From: Clostridiales bacterium
GTDB taxonomy: Bacteria; Bacillota; Clostridia; Lachnospirales; JAISYE01
Assembly (NCBI GenBank): GCA_031297485.1
Contig: JAISYE010000224.1
Span: forward strand, 1 to 48,123
Direction of reading: 5' to 3'
Length of the DNA stretch: 48,123 nucleotides
Part shown: positions 15,272 to 23,905 of the stretch, piece after piece
Layout of the letters: each line of letters starts with the position of its first letter
How positions within the stretch are numbered: position 1 is the first letter of the stretch
The notes under the pieces: generated by a model
The model's input: only the letters and a program-made list of their open reading frames with translations
The model's database searches: none
Told to the model about the DNA's origin: nothing
Made by a program: the position numbers and the translations under genes

Positions 15272-15439
15272 CTCCTAGTTTTTTAAAATAATTTCGTATT
15301 GTAATAATAGGTACGTCGATTAAATTAAAAAGTATGCGTTTTTTATAATCCATAAATTTGTTTGCCAGCCAACTTAAATACAGTATTTTAAAACCCGTTT
15401 CAGATAAAAATATCACTGCACAAAACTTTGTGCATGATT

Positions 15440-15552
15440 CTAAGATGTGTCTGAAAATTCTTTAAAGCGTGAAATTTCGAATAAAACCGCTGTAATTTCG
15501 CACTGCGTCGAGCAAGCTCGACTATCGGAATCCAATTTTCAGACACGTCCTA
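15440..15552 (+). mobile_element. MITE family 1, copy e, with nested 20-nt hairpin module
   Basis: CTAAGATGTGTCTGAAAAT ... ATTTTCAGACACGTCCTAA; extra GTCGAGCAAGCTCGACTATC at 15507-15526. Confidence 0.8.
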
Positions 15553-15561
15553 ATCGTAGGC

Positions 15562-15586
15562 GCGGGCGAACGCAGTCCGCTACTGC
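15562..15586. repeat. REP-like palindrome
   Basis: GCGGGCGAACGCAGTCCGCTACTGC. Confidence 0.65.
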
Positions 15587-15626
15587 GTTAGTTTGTTTAA
15601 GGCGGCATGATGGGGGGCGGATATTC

Positions 15627-16298
15627 ATGAATTTAAGACAGTATAGGGGAGATATCGGACGGATTGCGCTGGCGGGCGCGGTAGTGTGCGCCTTGGCGGC
15701 CACAGGCTGCTCGGGCGGAACTCACGGACGCGTCAGAAACACAAGAACAGGCGGCGCTTATGACTACAATTACGACCGTTATAATAGATACGGTTATGGT
15801 TACGGGAAGGACAACACCTACGTCTATGACTACGACCGGGGCAGGAACTTCCGTGACGGATACGCGTGGTATCCTGACGGTACGCTCCGCCGCGCCGCGG
15901 ACAGCCTGAGAAACGGTGTGAACAAGGCGGCTGGCAGCGTAAGCCGTGCGGCCATACGCGCGGGCCGTTCGTTCGGGGCCGGAACTTCCGGCGGGGCCGG
16001 AACTTCCGGTAAAAACGCGGCTGACGGCGGAACGTATAAAGCAGAGCTCGGAATTTCCAGGCGCGGTGCGGTACAACGGCGCGGCAGCGCGGCGGCGGAG
16101 AGCGGCCGGACAGACGGCAAGGTCCGGAACTTCCGAGCTTATACGCGCAGAAACGCGCAATCAGACACAAACAGGACAAACAGAACAGTTATAAACAATA
16201 ACAGAGGCACAGACGGATATTATACGGATTACAACATGCCGGGCGGCGCGCCGGTGAATAACGGCGCCGCCGCTTCCGCTCTCCGCGGGGGGCGGTAG
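15627..16298 (+). CDS. secreted lipoprotein, R/G/N/Y-rich low-complexity, unknown function
   Basis: Start trimmed to ATG 15627 (MNLRQYRGDIGRIALAGAVVCALAATGCSGG: signal peptide + lipobox). The ORF-track 5' extension runs through a MITE. Carries 4 copies of the 18-nt unit. Confidence 0.55.
   Translation: MNLRQYRGDIGRIALAGAVVCALAATGCSGGTHGRVRNTRTGGAYDYNYDRYNRYGYGYGKDNTYVYDYDRGRNFRDGYAWYPDGTLRRAADSLRNGVNKAAGSVSRAAIRAGRSFGAGTSGGAGTSGKNAADGGTYKAELGISRRGAVQRRGSAAAESGRTDGKVRNFRAYTRRNAQSDTNRTNRTVINNNRGTDGYYTDYNMPGGAPVNNGAAASALRGGR
15838..15855. repeat. 18-nt unit derivative in the lipoprotein gene
   Basis: GGGGCAGGAACTTCCGTG, read as RGRNFRD. Confidence 0.7.
15974..16009. repeat. 2 x 18-nt tandem units in the lipoprotein gene
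   Basis: GGGGCCGGAACTTCCGGC GGGGCCGGAACTTCCGGT, read as GAGTSGGAGTSG. Confidence 0.9.
16121..16137. repeat. 18-nt unit derivative in the lipoprotein gene
   Basis: GGTCCGGAACTTCCGAG, read as VRNFRA. Confidence 0.7.
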
Positions 16299-16340
16299 CG
16301 CGGAACCCGGTAACCGCAAAGATTTAAAAAAATTAAAAAA

Positions 16341-16371
16341 AGAGGCCGCGAAAATTGCGGCCTCTTTTTTG
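16341..16371 (+). terminator. rho-independent terminator after the lipoprotein gene
   Basis: AGAGGCCGC-GAAAATT-GCGGCCTCT followed by TTTTTT; A-run upstream. Confidence 0.8.
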
Positions 16372-16380
16372 TTAATGCAA

Positions 16381-16408
16381 TTGCAAATATCATAAAATAA
16401 TATATAAT
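16381..16408 (+). promoter_or_regulatory. sigma-A promoter of the ppx-ppk operon
   Basis: TTGCAA (16381-16386) - 16 nt - TATAAT (16403-16408). Confidence 0.55.
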
Positions 16409-16465
16409 GTATATGTTTCAATCCATGTGTTTAAACTACCTTGGTTGTGGAAGGAGATGAATCCA

Positions 16466-18058
16466 ATGCCAAAGAAACCAGCGGCAAAAAAAGAGAAGCG
16501 CGCGTCAAGCGAATGCAAGGCGGTAATAGAAATCGGGTCCAACGCCCTGCGCTTAAAAGTGGCTCAGGCGCGGAAGAACAAAATGGAGTATGTGGAATCC
16601 ATAACCTATGACTTGAACCTGGGGCGGGACACTTTCGGAACCGTAACTTCCGGCGCGGCCCTTTCCGGCGACGGCGGGCGCATTCAGTTTGACAACCTTG
16701 AAAAAATCTGCGGCATAATAAAAAATTTTCTGGCGGCAGCGTCAGGGTATGGGTGCGAGGAAATAAAAATAGTAGCCACCACAGCGATTCGCGAAGCGAC
16801 AAATAAGGAGTATATTCTGGACCAGATAAAAATTAAGACCGCGCTGAATGTGGAGGTAATAGACGACGCCCAGGAGAAACTGTACATTTTCAAGTTTATG
16901 GCCAGCCTGCTGAACGACGCGCTGAAAAAATCGACTTTTTTGGTGTACATAGGCTCGGGGAGCATGGGGCTTTCGTACATGACAGAAGGCAGGATACCAT
17001 ACGCGCAGAATATCAGGACGGGTTCGCTGCGCATAAGTGAGATGTTCAATGAGCTGCAGGAATATTCCTCGGAATTCCACTTGGTGGTGGAGGAATATCT
17101 GAACGGATTTACGGACGGACTGGCGGAGAACATCCCCGGCCCGGTAAAGGACTTTGTGGCCTCTGGTCAGGAAATATCCATGATAGCGGAACTGTGCGGC
17201 GCGCGGGACGACGGGTTGTTTTTATACATTCCCAGGGAGAATTTTACGCAGATGTATGAGGAAATAAAGCATAAATCCGTAGATAACATCGCGCTGGACT
17301 ATAGACTTCCCACGGACAAAGCCGAAGTGCTGCTGCCCGCTATGGCAATTTTCAACCGTTTGATGGAAATAACGGGGGCAAACCAGATAATATCGCCGGC
17401 GATTCTGCTGTCTGACGCCTTAATGTATGAGATGCTGTACCCCAAGGCTTTCGCCGAATTAAACAAGGACTTCAGCAAGAGCACGGTGCTCTACGCGCGC
17501 CGGGTGGCAAGCCGTTACGGTACGCCGGAATTCCACTATGCCAAGGTGGAGCGTTACGCCCTTAAGATTTTCGACAAGATGAAGAAAATCCACGGCATGG
17601 GCCAGCATGAGAAACTCCTGCTTTCCACGGCCGCTATTTTGCACGATGTAGGTAAATTTATAAATTTTAAGCATCATTACCGTCATTCTTATAATATAAT
17701 TACAGGACTGGACATATTGGGGCTAAGCAATCTGGACAGGGAAATAGTGGCGTGTATCTGCTATTATCACAGCACGTGCCTGCCCAGCATTCATGACGAG
17801 CATTACAAAAGCCTCTCCGCGCAGGACCGCGTGCTGGTGTCCAAACTGACCGCCATTCTGCGCGCCGCCGACGCCTTGGTGCGCGGCAGCGGTGAAAAAT
17901 TTGACAGCATTGACGTGACTGTAAGCGACGAACTGGTTGTAACAATTTCGACTGAGCAGAATATTGATTTGGAGCAATGGGCTTTTAACAAAAAGAGCGA
18001 TCTGTTTGAGGAAGTGTTTGGCCTGAAAGCCCGGCTGAGAAACAAAAGGCCGCTGTAA
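16466..18058 (+). CDS. ppx: exopolyphosphatase (Ppx/GppA family with C-terminal HD domain)
   Basis: AVIEIGSNALRLKV, ATTAIREA, HDVGKFI motifs; start placed at ATG 16466 (9 nt after AAGGAG); ATG 16457 and ORF-track start 16427 are alternatives. Confidence 0.85.
   Translation: MPKKPAAKKEKRASSECKAVIEIGSNALRLKVAQARKNKMEYVESITYDLNLGRDTFGTVTSGAALSGDGGRIQFDNLEKICGIIKNFLAAASGYGCEEIKIVATTAIREATNKEYILDQIKIKTALNVEVIDDAQEKLYIFKFMASLLNDALKKSTFLVYIGSGSMGLSYMTEGRIPYAQNIRTGSLRISEMFNELQEYSSEFHLVVEEYLNGFTDGLAENIPGPVKDFVASGQEISMIAELCGARDDGLFLYIPRENFTQMYEEIKHKSVDNIALDYRLPTDKAEVLLPAMAIFNRLMEITGANQIISPAILLSDALMYEMLYPKAFAELNKDFSKSTVLYARRVASRYGTPEFHYAKVERYALKIFDKMKKIHGMGQHEKLLLSTAAILHDVGKFINFKHHYRHSYNIITGLDILGLSNLDREIVACICYYHSTCLPSIHDEHYKSLSAQDRVLVSKLTAILRAADALVRGSGEKFDSIDVTVSDELVVTISTEQNIDLEQWAFNKKSDLFEEVFGLKARLRNKRPL
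16636..16670. repeat. 18-nt unit derivatives in ppx
   Basis: CGGAACCGTAACTTCCGGCGCGGCCCTTTCCGGCG, read as GTVTSGAALSG. Confidence 0.6.
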
Positions 18059-18083
18059 CCGCGAAAGTAAAGGGGGTGTCACA

Positions 18084-20240
18084 ATGGACAAGCCGCAGCA
18101 CTATATTAACCGTGAGATGAGCTGGCTGGCGTTTAACCGCCGCGTGCTGGAGGAAGCGCAGGACAAGACCAACCCGCTGTTGGAGAGGCTGAAATTTTTG
18201 GCTATAACAGCGTCCAATATGGATGAGTTTTTCATGATAAGGGTTTCGGGCCTGATAAGCCAGGCGGAAGCCAACATAACGCGGACAGACCCTTCCGGGC
18301 TGACCCCGCGCGAACAGCTTGCCGCAATAAGCGAAATAGTGCACGACATAAGCACGAGGCAGTACAATTGCCTTAACCGCTCTATTTTACCGGCGCTGGC
18401 TAAGGAGGGTCTGCGCTTCATGGATATGGGCGAGCTGACCGCCGGCCAGTTAAAGTTTACGGAGCATTACTTTAACAGCACGATTTATCCGATTCTGACG
18501 CCAATGGCCATAGACCAGAGCCGCCCTTTTCCGCTGCTTAACAATAAATCGCTTAACATTATAGTGGAACTTAAAGCAAAGAAGAGTCAGACCGAGGACC
18601 GCTTTTTCGCGGTAGTGCAGACTCCCACGGTAATACCGCGCGTAATTGAGCTTCCCGCCGGGCGCGCGCTGGAAGCCCATACAGGCCCCGACGCGCCGGA
18701 AATACCCCGGGGCGGGACGCCGGAGAGACATTTTGTTTTCCTGGAGGAAGTGATAAGGGAATATGTCCACAGGCTGTTTACCGGCTACAGGGTGCTTAAC
18801 GCCTCTATATTCCGTATAACGCGGAATTCTGACTTTGACCTGGACGAGGAGGATACCGAGGACCTTCTCATGGAGATAGAAAAGAGCGTGAAGGGCCGCA
18901 AGTGGGGCGAGCCGGTGCGTATAGAAATTGAAAGGAACATGGTGGACAGTGCCCGCGTGTTCCTGGAGGAAGCGCTTAAGCTGGACGCGGCGGATATTTA
19001 CGAAATTTCCGGGCCGCTGGACCTTTCCGTATGGATGTCCGTAAGCGGCATAAAGGGATATGACCGGTTGCGGAACGCGCCGTTGATACCGCGCCCGGCT
19101 GCGGATTTTTTGGATAAGGACGTGTTTGAGGCCATAGCGGAAAAGGATATACTTGTACATCACCCCTATGATTCCTTCGACGCTGTGCTTAACTTCGTCA
19201 GGGCCGCGGCCCAGGACCCGGAAGTACTGGCGATTAAGATGACGCTCTACCGCGTGTCCGGCAACTCGCCGGTTGTGGAAACCCTGGCGCAGGCGGCGGA
19301 AAACGGCAAGCAGGTGACGGTGCTGGTAGAGCTTAAGGCCAGGTTTGACGAGGAGAACAATATCCTGTGGGCGCGCCGTCTGGATAAGGCGGGGTGCCAT
19401 GTTATTTACGGCCTGGTGGGGCTGAAAACCCACTGCAAGATATGTCTGGTGGTGCGCAAGGAGGACGGGGGCATCCGGCGGTACATTCATTTAAGCACCG
19501 GGAACTATAACGACTCTACAGCGAAGATTTATACTGACATAGGGTTCTTTACCAGCAAGGAAACCTTCGGCCAGGACATAACCGCGCTGTTTAACCTGCT
19601 TACGGGCTATTCCAACAACGCGGTGTGGAAGAAGATTGTCGTGGCGCCCACAATGCTGCGGGAAACCCTGGTGCGCTATATTGACAACGAGGCGGAAAAC
19701 GCCAGAACCGGGCGCGCCGCCATGATAATCGCGAAAATGAATTCCCTGGTAGACACGGCCGTGATACAATCGTTGTATAACGCGTCGGCAGCCGGGGTAA
19801 AAATAAAGCTGATTGTGCGCGGTATCTGCTGCCTGCGTTCCGGCGTGCCGGGCGTAAGCGAAAACATAACTGTGGTAAGTATTGTGGACCGGTTCCTGGA
19901 GCACAGCCGCATATTCTATTTTGAGAACGGCGGCGCGCCCAAGCTCTTTTTATCCAGTGCGGATTGGATGCCGCGAAACCTGGACAGGCGCGTGGAAGTG
20001 GCTTTTCCGGTGGAGGACGCGGCTTTAAAGGAAGCGCTGATAGAAATTTTGGACATTACGTTATCTGACACGGTAAAGCTGCGGGTGCAGCAGCCAGACG
20101 GCAGTTACGAGAAGATCGACCGCCGGGGCAAGGAGAACATACATTCTCAGCTTGTGTTCGGACAGATGGCCGAGGCGCGCTGCAGCGCCCGACAGGACGG
20201 CCCGGCCGTATTCAAGCCGGTTAATACGAGTGAAAAGTAA
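18084..20240 (+). CDS. ppk1: polyphosphate kinase 1
   Basis: 718 aa; INREMSWLAFNRRVLEEA N-terminus, FMIRVSG, two HKD-like motifs (KTHCKICLVVR, LSSADWMPRNLDRRVEV). Confidence 0.93.
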   Translation: MDKPQHYINREMSWLAFNRRVLEEAQDKTNPLLERLKFLAITASNMDEFFMIRVSGLISQAEANITRTDPSGLTPREQLAAISEIVHDISTRQYNCLNRSILPALAKEGLRFMDMGELTAGQLKFTEHYFNSTIYPILTPMAIDQSRPFPLLNNKSLNIIVELKAKKSQTEDRFFAVVQTPTVIPRVIELPAGRALEAHTGPDAPEIPRGGTPERHFVFLEEVIREYVHRLFTGYRVLNASIFRITRNSDFDLDEEDTEDLLMEIEKSVKGRKWGEPVRIEIERNMVDSARVFLEEALKLDAADIYEISGPLDLSVWMSVSGIKGYDRLRNAPLIPRPAADFLDKDVFEAIAEKDILVHHPYDSFDAVLNFVRAAAQDPEVLAIKMTLYRVSGNSPVVETLAQAAENGKQVTVLVELKARFDEENNILWARRLDKAGCHVIYGLVGLKTHCKICLVVRKEDGGIRRYIHLSTGNYNDSTAKIYTDIGFFTSKETFGQDITALFNLLTGYSNNAVWKKIVVAPTMLRETLVRYIDNEAENARTGRAAMIIAKMNSLVDTAVIQSLYNASAAGVKIKLIVRGICCLRSGVPGVSENITVVSIVDRFLEHSRIFYFENGGAPKLFLSSADWMPRNLDRRVEVAFPVEDAALKEALIEILDITLSDTVKLRVQQPDGSYEKIDRRGKENIHSQLVFGQMAEARCSARQDGPAVFKPVNTSEK

Positions 20241-20254
20241 AGGAGATTAAGTTT

Positions 20255-20866
20255 ATGAAAGATCATTACATTATCACAGTGGGCCGCGAATTCGGAAGCG
20301 GGGGCCGGGCGGTGGGGAAACTGCTGGCGGCGCAGCTGGGCATAAACTATTACGATAAGGACGTGCTGGCGGAAATCGCCGAGGAACGCGGTTTCGACCC
20401 CAGCGCGTTTAAGGACTATACCGAGGTGCCCCGTGGTAACCTGCTGTTTAACATAGCGACAGGGGAAGCGCCGGGGGCGCTGGAAGGCCAGCGGGAATTT
20501 GACAAAATATTTCAGGTGCAGTCTGAAATAATCCAGCGGGTGGCGAGCGAAGGCTCCTGCGTAATAGTGGGGCGCTGCGCGGACTATATCCTGCGCGGCG
20601 CTGTAAACCTGGTCAGCGTGTTTGTCCACGCGGATTACGAAACCCGCAAGCAGCGGTTGATGACCCTGCATGACATCGCCTCCGAGGACGTTATGGGCGT
20701 TATAACACGCTCGGACGAACAGCGCGCCGCTTATTACGCCTACTGTACAAACAGCGACTGGCACGGGCTTAAGAACTATGACCTTTCCCTGGACTGCGGC
20801 AATATAAGCGTGGACGACCTGGCCAGAGTGATACTGGAATTTGTCCGGCTTAAGTTTATGCCCTGA
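20255..20866 (+). CDS. cytidylate kinase-like family protein
   Basis: 203 aa; IITVGREFGSGGRAVGKLLAAQLGINYYDKDVL N-terminus typical of this family; 14 nt after ppk1. Confidence 0.75.
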   Translation: MKDHYIITVGREFGSGGRAVGKLLAAQLGINYYDKDVLAEIAEERGFDPSAFKDYTEVPRGNLLFNIATGEAPGALEGQREFDKIFQVQSEIIQRVASEGSCVIVGRCADYILRGAVNLVSVFVHADYETRKQRLMTLHDIASEDVMGVITRSDEQRAAYYAYCTNSDWHGLKNYDLSLDCGNISVDDLARVILEFVRLKFMP

Positions 20867-20894
20867 CGCAATGGTGAAACATCCATGAAAAAGA

Positions 20895-20920
20895 GCGGGC
20901 GAACGCAGTTCGCTCCTGCA
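20895..20920. repeat. REP-like palindrome
   Basis: GCGGGCGAACGCAGTTCGCTCCTGCA, just after the cytidylate-kinase-like gene. Confidence 0.75.
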
Positions 20921-20954
20921 CGTCTGCGCGGGAAAGCTGTTTTGTTTAAATCCA

Positions 20955-21450
20955 CATCCGGGTGGGATCCAGATGACCTATAACGCCTTGAGTATTTCGC
21001 CGAGCTTGCCCGGCGATTATAAGAAACAATTGCCCATGGGTCCCACCCAAATGTTGAAAGCCCCGTTAAGTTTGAAGTTTCTTTTTGCAGTTCGCGGACT
21101 TTTTCGGCGGTAAGTCCCGTGGCGCGGACGATAAGGTCAACGGGGCAAGCCCCCGCGCAGCAGTACGCCGGCGATTGAAAGGGCCTGCTTAGCCATTTTT
21201 CCCTCTATCAAATCCCCGTACAATTCATAAATCAAAGCGGAACCCATAAGCTTCCTCCTTTCAATCAATTTAAAAACCAAATTCTTATAGGGTGTCTCCT
21301 CGGCGAACAGGCCCAGCGCGCCGAATAAGTCCGGTTTAACGGTTTCGTCGGCAGCAGAGTCTATTTCCTCAATCCGTCCGGTAAAACAAATCTGGCCCAG
21401 TCGCCGGGTAAGATCTGCAGTAAGCGTTTAAACAGGGAATCGCTTTTCAA
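20955..21450 (-). pseudogene. remnant of an Rpn/PD-(D/E)XK-like putative transposase (frameshifted, truncated)
   Basis: rc reads LKSDSLFKRLLQILPGDWARFVLP, a stop, then in other frames ...IYELYGDLIEGKMAKQALSIAGVLLRGGLP / VDLIVRATGLTAEKVRELQKE. This resembles the N- and C-terminal ends of that family. Recalled similarity only. Confidence 0.3.
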
Positions 21451-21461
21451 ATGTGTGTCTC

Positions 21462-21553
21462 CTAAGGCGTGTTTGAAAATTCCTTAGAGCGCGAAATTTC
21501 GAATAAAACCGCTGCAATTTCGCGCTGGAATCTAGTTTTCAAACACGTCCTAG
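21462..21553 (+). mobile_element. MITE family 1, copy f
   Basis: Full-length match, CTAAGGCGTGTTTGAAAAT ... GTTTTCAAACACGTCCTAG. Confidence 0.85.
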
Positions 21554-21589
21554 CCTTATACCCGCGAAGGCTGAGATTCGCCGCAGGGC

Positions 21590-21612
21590 GCGGGCGAGCA
21601 CAGTTCGCCCGC
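21590..21612. repeat. REP-like palindrome
   Basis: GCGGGCGAGCACAGTTCGCCCGC. Confidence 0.75.
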
Positions 21613-21672
21613 TTTCAGCGTGTTTCCAGTATAGCGCCAGCCGCGGTGAATAACAATAGACCGCCACACGCT
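21590..21672 (+). repeat. repeat family 3, right-hand part only
   Basis: REP + TTTCAGCGTGTTTCCAGTATAGCGCCAGCCGCGGTGAATAACAATAG, matching 30105-30185. Confidence 0.7.
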
Positions 21673-21755
21673 TTTAAATTTGACGCACTCTTGCGGCAGA
21701 ACAGGCGGCAGAACCTCAATCCTGCCGGAAAGCCTGCTGAAATTATTAATCTCAG

Positions 21756-22799
21756 TCAGGGACCGGAGCTTCCGCTCTTTGTCTTACGTTTGCGTGACGT
21801 GATTACGCTCTGCAGTACGATAAAAAAGCACAGAAGGGCGGATAACGCAATCCTGACCCACCAGCTGGACAGACTTCCCTGGGTGGTAATCAAGCTGGAA
21901 ATAGTACCCTTGATCAGCACGCCGAATAAGGTGCCAATCGGATTGCCTACGCCTCCTGAAAGGAGTGTGCCGCCGATAACAGAGGAGGAAACGGCGTCCA
22001 TTTCAAGGCCCCGCGCCTGCTCCACAAATCCGGCGGCGCTGTTCAGGCAAAACAGAAACCCGCCAAGACCGGCTAAAAATCCGCTGAGCACATAAGCGAA
22101 AAAGCGGGTGCGCCGCACATTCAGACCCATCATTAGGGCGCTTTGCTGGTTGCCGCCAATGGCGTATAACGCGCGGCCGAATTTCGTGCGTTTTAAAAGA
22201 ATAATCACCAATATCAAGATCACCAACGCGGCAATAACGGTGGGATAAATGTAAGCGTGCTGGAAAACCCCTTTTTTATTGGTAGTGCCGAAAGGTAAAT
22301 CGATCTTGTAATTAGCCCAGGCCAAAAACACTTCGTTCTTAATGGAAATCATCTCTTTGCTGATAACGGCAGTCATGCCGCGGCCAAAAAACATCCCGGC
22401 CAAAGTTACGATAAAGGGCTGTATTCCAAGGTACGAAACCAGGAAGCCCTGCGCCAGCCCGAAAGCCAGCCCGATGCCCAAGGAAACGGAAACAGCCGCG
22501 TAAACACTGGCGCCCTGTTTTTCCATCATATAGGCCGCAACCATACACACCAACGCAGTCACCGAACCCACGGAGATATCAATGCCGCCGGTAATCATTA
22601 CCACAGTCAGCCCGCAAGAAATCACGATCAGGCTTGCGTTTGTGATGAATAGATTCAAGAACATCTGCGGCTTCGCAAAGCCCTGATTCGTGAATATTAT
22701 CATGCCGGCCGCATACATCGCCGCAAACAGCCCGATTGTCACCAGCAGCAGAAAAGTGGTGTCGCTTAAATTCTTTCTTTGCAATGGTATGATTCTCAT
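21756..22799 (-). CDS. yjfF: sugar ABC transporter permease (YjfF type)
   Basis: 347 aa polytopic; GGIDISVGS motif; last gene of the ytfQRT-yjfF-like operon; 4-nt overlap with ytfT. Confidence 0.85.
   Translation of the reverse strand: MRIIPLQRKNLSDTTFLLLVTIGLFAAMYAAGMIIFTNQGFAKPQMFLNLFITNASLIVISCGLTVVMITGGIDISVGSVTALVCMVAAYMMEKQGASVYAAVSVSLGIGLAFGLAQGFLVSYLGIQPFIVTLAGMFFGRGMTAVISKEMISIKNEVFLAWANYKIDLPFGTTNKKGVFQHAYIYPTVIAALVILILVIILLKRTKFGRALYAIGGNQQSALMMGLNVRRTRFFAYVLSGFLAGLGGFLFCLNSAAGFVEQARGLEMDAVSSSVIGGTLLSGGVGNPIGTLFGVLIKGTISSLITTQGSLSSWWVRIALSALLCFFIVLQSVITSRKRKTKSGSSGP
21759..21776. repeat. 18-nt unit forming exactly the last six codons of yjfF
   Basis: GGGACCGGAGCTTCCGCT; rc reads SGSSGP followed directly by the TGA stop. 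Confidence 0.8.
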
Positions 22800-23905
22800 G
22801 TTTGAGTCTCCTTTTTGGAGAAAACAATACTTCCTGTGATGTTTTTTATCCGCGGGTTACGGATAAATCCCCGGAATACATCACTTTGAAGGGTGATGAT
22901 GGCAATTACAGCGGCCGCTTTGTAAACCGGCAGCTGGTCAGCGGAAATATTCATTGCGTACAGCGTGGTGCTGAGCGACTGGATGGTGAAAGCCCCTATG
23001 ACGGAGCCTGCCAGGCTGAACCTGCCGCCGCCCAATATATTGCCGCCAAGGGCCACCGCCAGTATTGCGTCCATTTCCAAGTACAGCCCGATGTTATTAG
23101 CGTCAGCGGAATATATTCTGCTGGACGCCACAAAACCAGCCAATCCAGCCAGGAACCCGCAAATAACATAGGTGACAAAGACGACGCGTGCGGAGCCCAG
23201 ACCTACCAGCCGCGCCGCGCTGCTGTTGACGCCCGCCGCTTCGACGAACAGGCGCAGGGCGGTGAATCTGAGTAAAAGCGCCACAATGACTGCCGTTCCT
23301 ATGGCAAAAAAAATAGGCACGGGTATGGGAACGCCTGGTATATACCCGCCCGCTGTTTTGTAAGCGCTGACACGGATATAGGTGATCTGCCCCGCGGTAA
23401 TAAGCTGCGCGACGCCGCGGCCGGCGGTAAAGAGAATTAAAGTGGCGACCATAGGCTGAATACGTAGCCGCGCAACCAAAAATCCGTTAAAAGCCCCGCA
23501 AAGCGCCGAAGCCGCCAGCGACGCGCTCACTGCCAGAACAAGCGGGTTTTGAAAAGAAGTGACAGAAACTTCGCCGCCGGAAAGGATTTGGCAGCAGACG
23601 GCGGCGGAAACGGCCATTACCGCGCCCACGCTGATGTCTTGCCCTCCGGAGGCGGCGGTTGCCAAGGTCATGCCGATAGCTAAAATAACCAGTTCGGACG
23701 CGCGGTTTACCACGTCAACGATATAACCATACAGCACTCCGTTGTTAATTGAGACCGCGAAAAAATTTGGGGTTTTAGCCACGTTTGCCAGCAGCACCAG
23801 GGCCAGGCACAGCAGCGGGAAAAACAGGCGGTGCCGTAAAACTTTTTGTATGCCGGAGGCTCCGGCCCTTGCGGACAGATCCTTGTCCGGATTTTGTTTA
23901 GACAT
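22796..23905 (-). CDS. ytfT: sugar ABC transporter permease (YtfT type)
   Basis: 369 aa polytopic; GGQDISVGA motif; 8-nt overlap with ytfR. Confidence 0.85.
   Translation of the reverse strand: MSKQNPDKDLSARAGASGIQKVLRHRLFFPLLCLALVLLANVAKTPNFFAVSINNGVLYGYIVDVVNRASELVILAIGMTLATAASGGQDISVGAVMAVSAAVCCQILSGGEVSVTSFQNPLVLAVSASLAASALCGAFNGFLVARLRIQPMVATLILFTAGRGVAQLITAGQITYIRVSAYKTAGGYIPGVPIPVPIFFAIGTAVIVALLLRFTALRLFVEAAGVNSSAARLVGLGSARVVFVTYVICGFLAGLAGFVASSRIYSADANNIGLYLEMDAILAVALGGNILGGGRFSLAGSVIGAFTIQSLSTTLYAMNISADQLPVYKAAAVIAIITLQSDVFRGFIRNPRIKNITGSIVFSKKETQT
23852..23868. repeat. 18-nt unit derivative in the ytfT N-terminal tail
   Basis: GCCGGAGGCTCCGGCCC; rc reads AGASG. Confidence 0.7.

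Larger units (their letters stand above)
14516..15390. repeat. tandem segmental duplication, copy B
   Basis: See copy A; separated from it by a 347-nt spacer made of other repeats. Confidence 0.85.

Noticed and set aside
15447-15626. 5' extension of the lipoprotein ORF
   Set aside because: The extension is encoded by MITE copy e and a REP unit. ATG 15627 gives a proper signal peptide and lipobox.
18450-19490. 346-aa minus-strand ORF, and many similar long antisense ORFs (e.g. 444..803, 1379..1942, 8899..9687, 9509..10084, 25839..26510, 26836..27423, 27793..28401, 30740..31378, 31684..32262, 34166..34957, 38254..38784)
   Set aside because: They lie entirely antisense to well-supported conserved genes (ppk1, cobB, DUF362, cobT, ytfQ, the kinase, r-proteins). 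Their composition is R/A/G/P-rich and low-complexity, as is typical of shadow ORFs in GC-rich coding DNA. They have no RBS.
21469-22095. 208-aa plus-strand ORF
   Set aside because: It begins inside MITE copy f, runs through family-3 repeat DNA and then runs antisense to yjfF, so it is an artefact.
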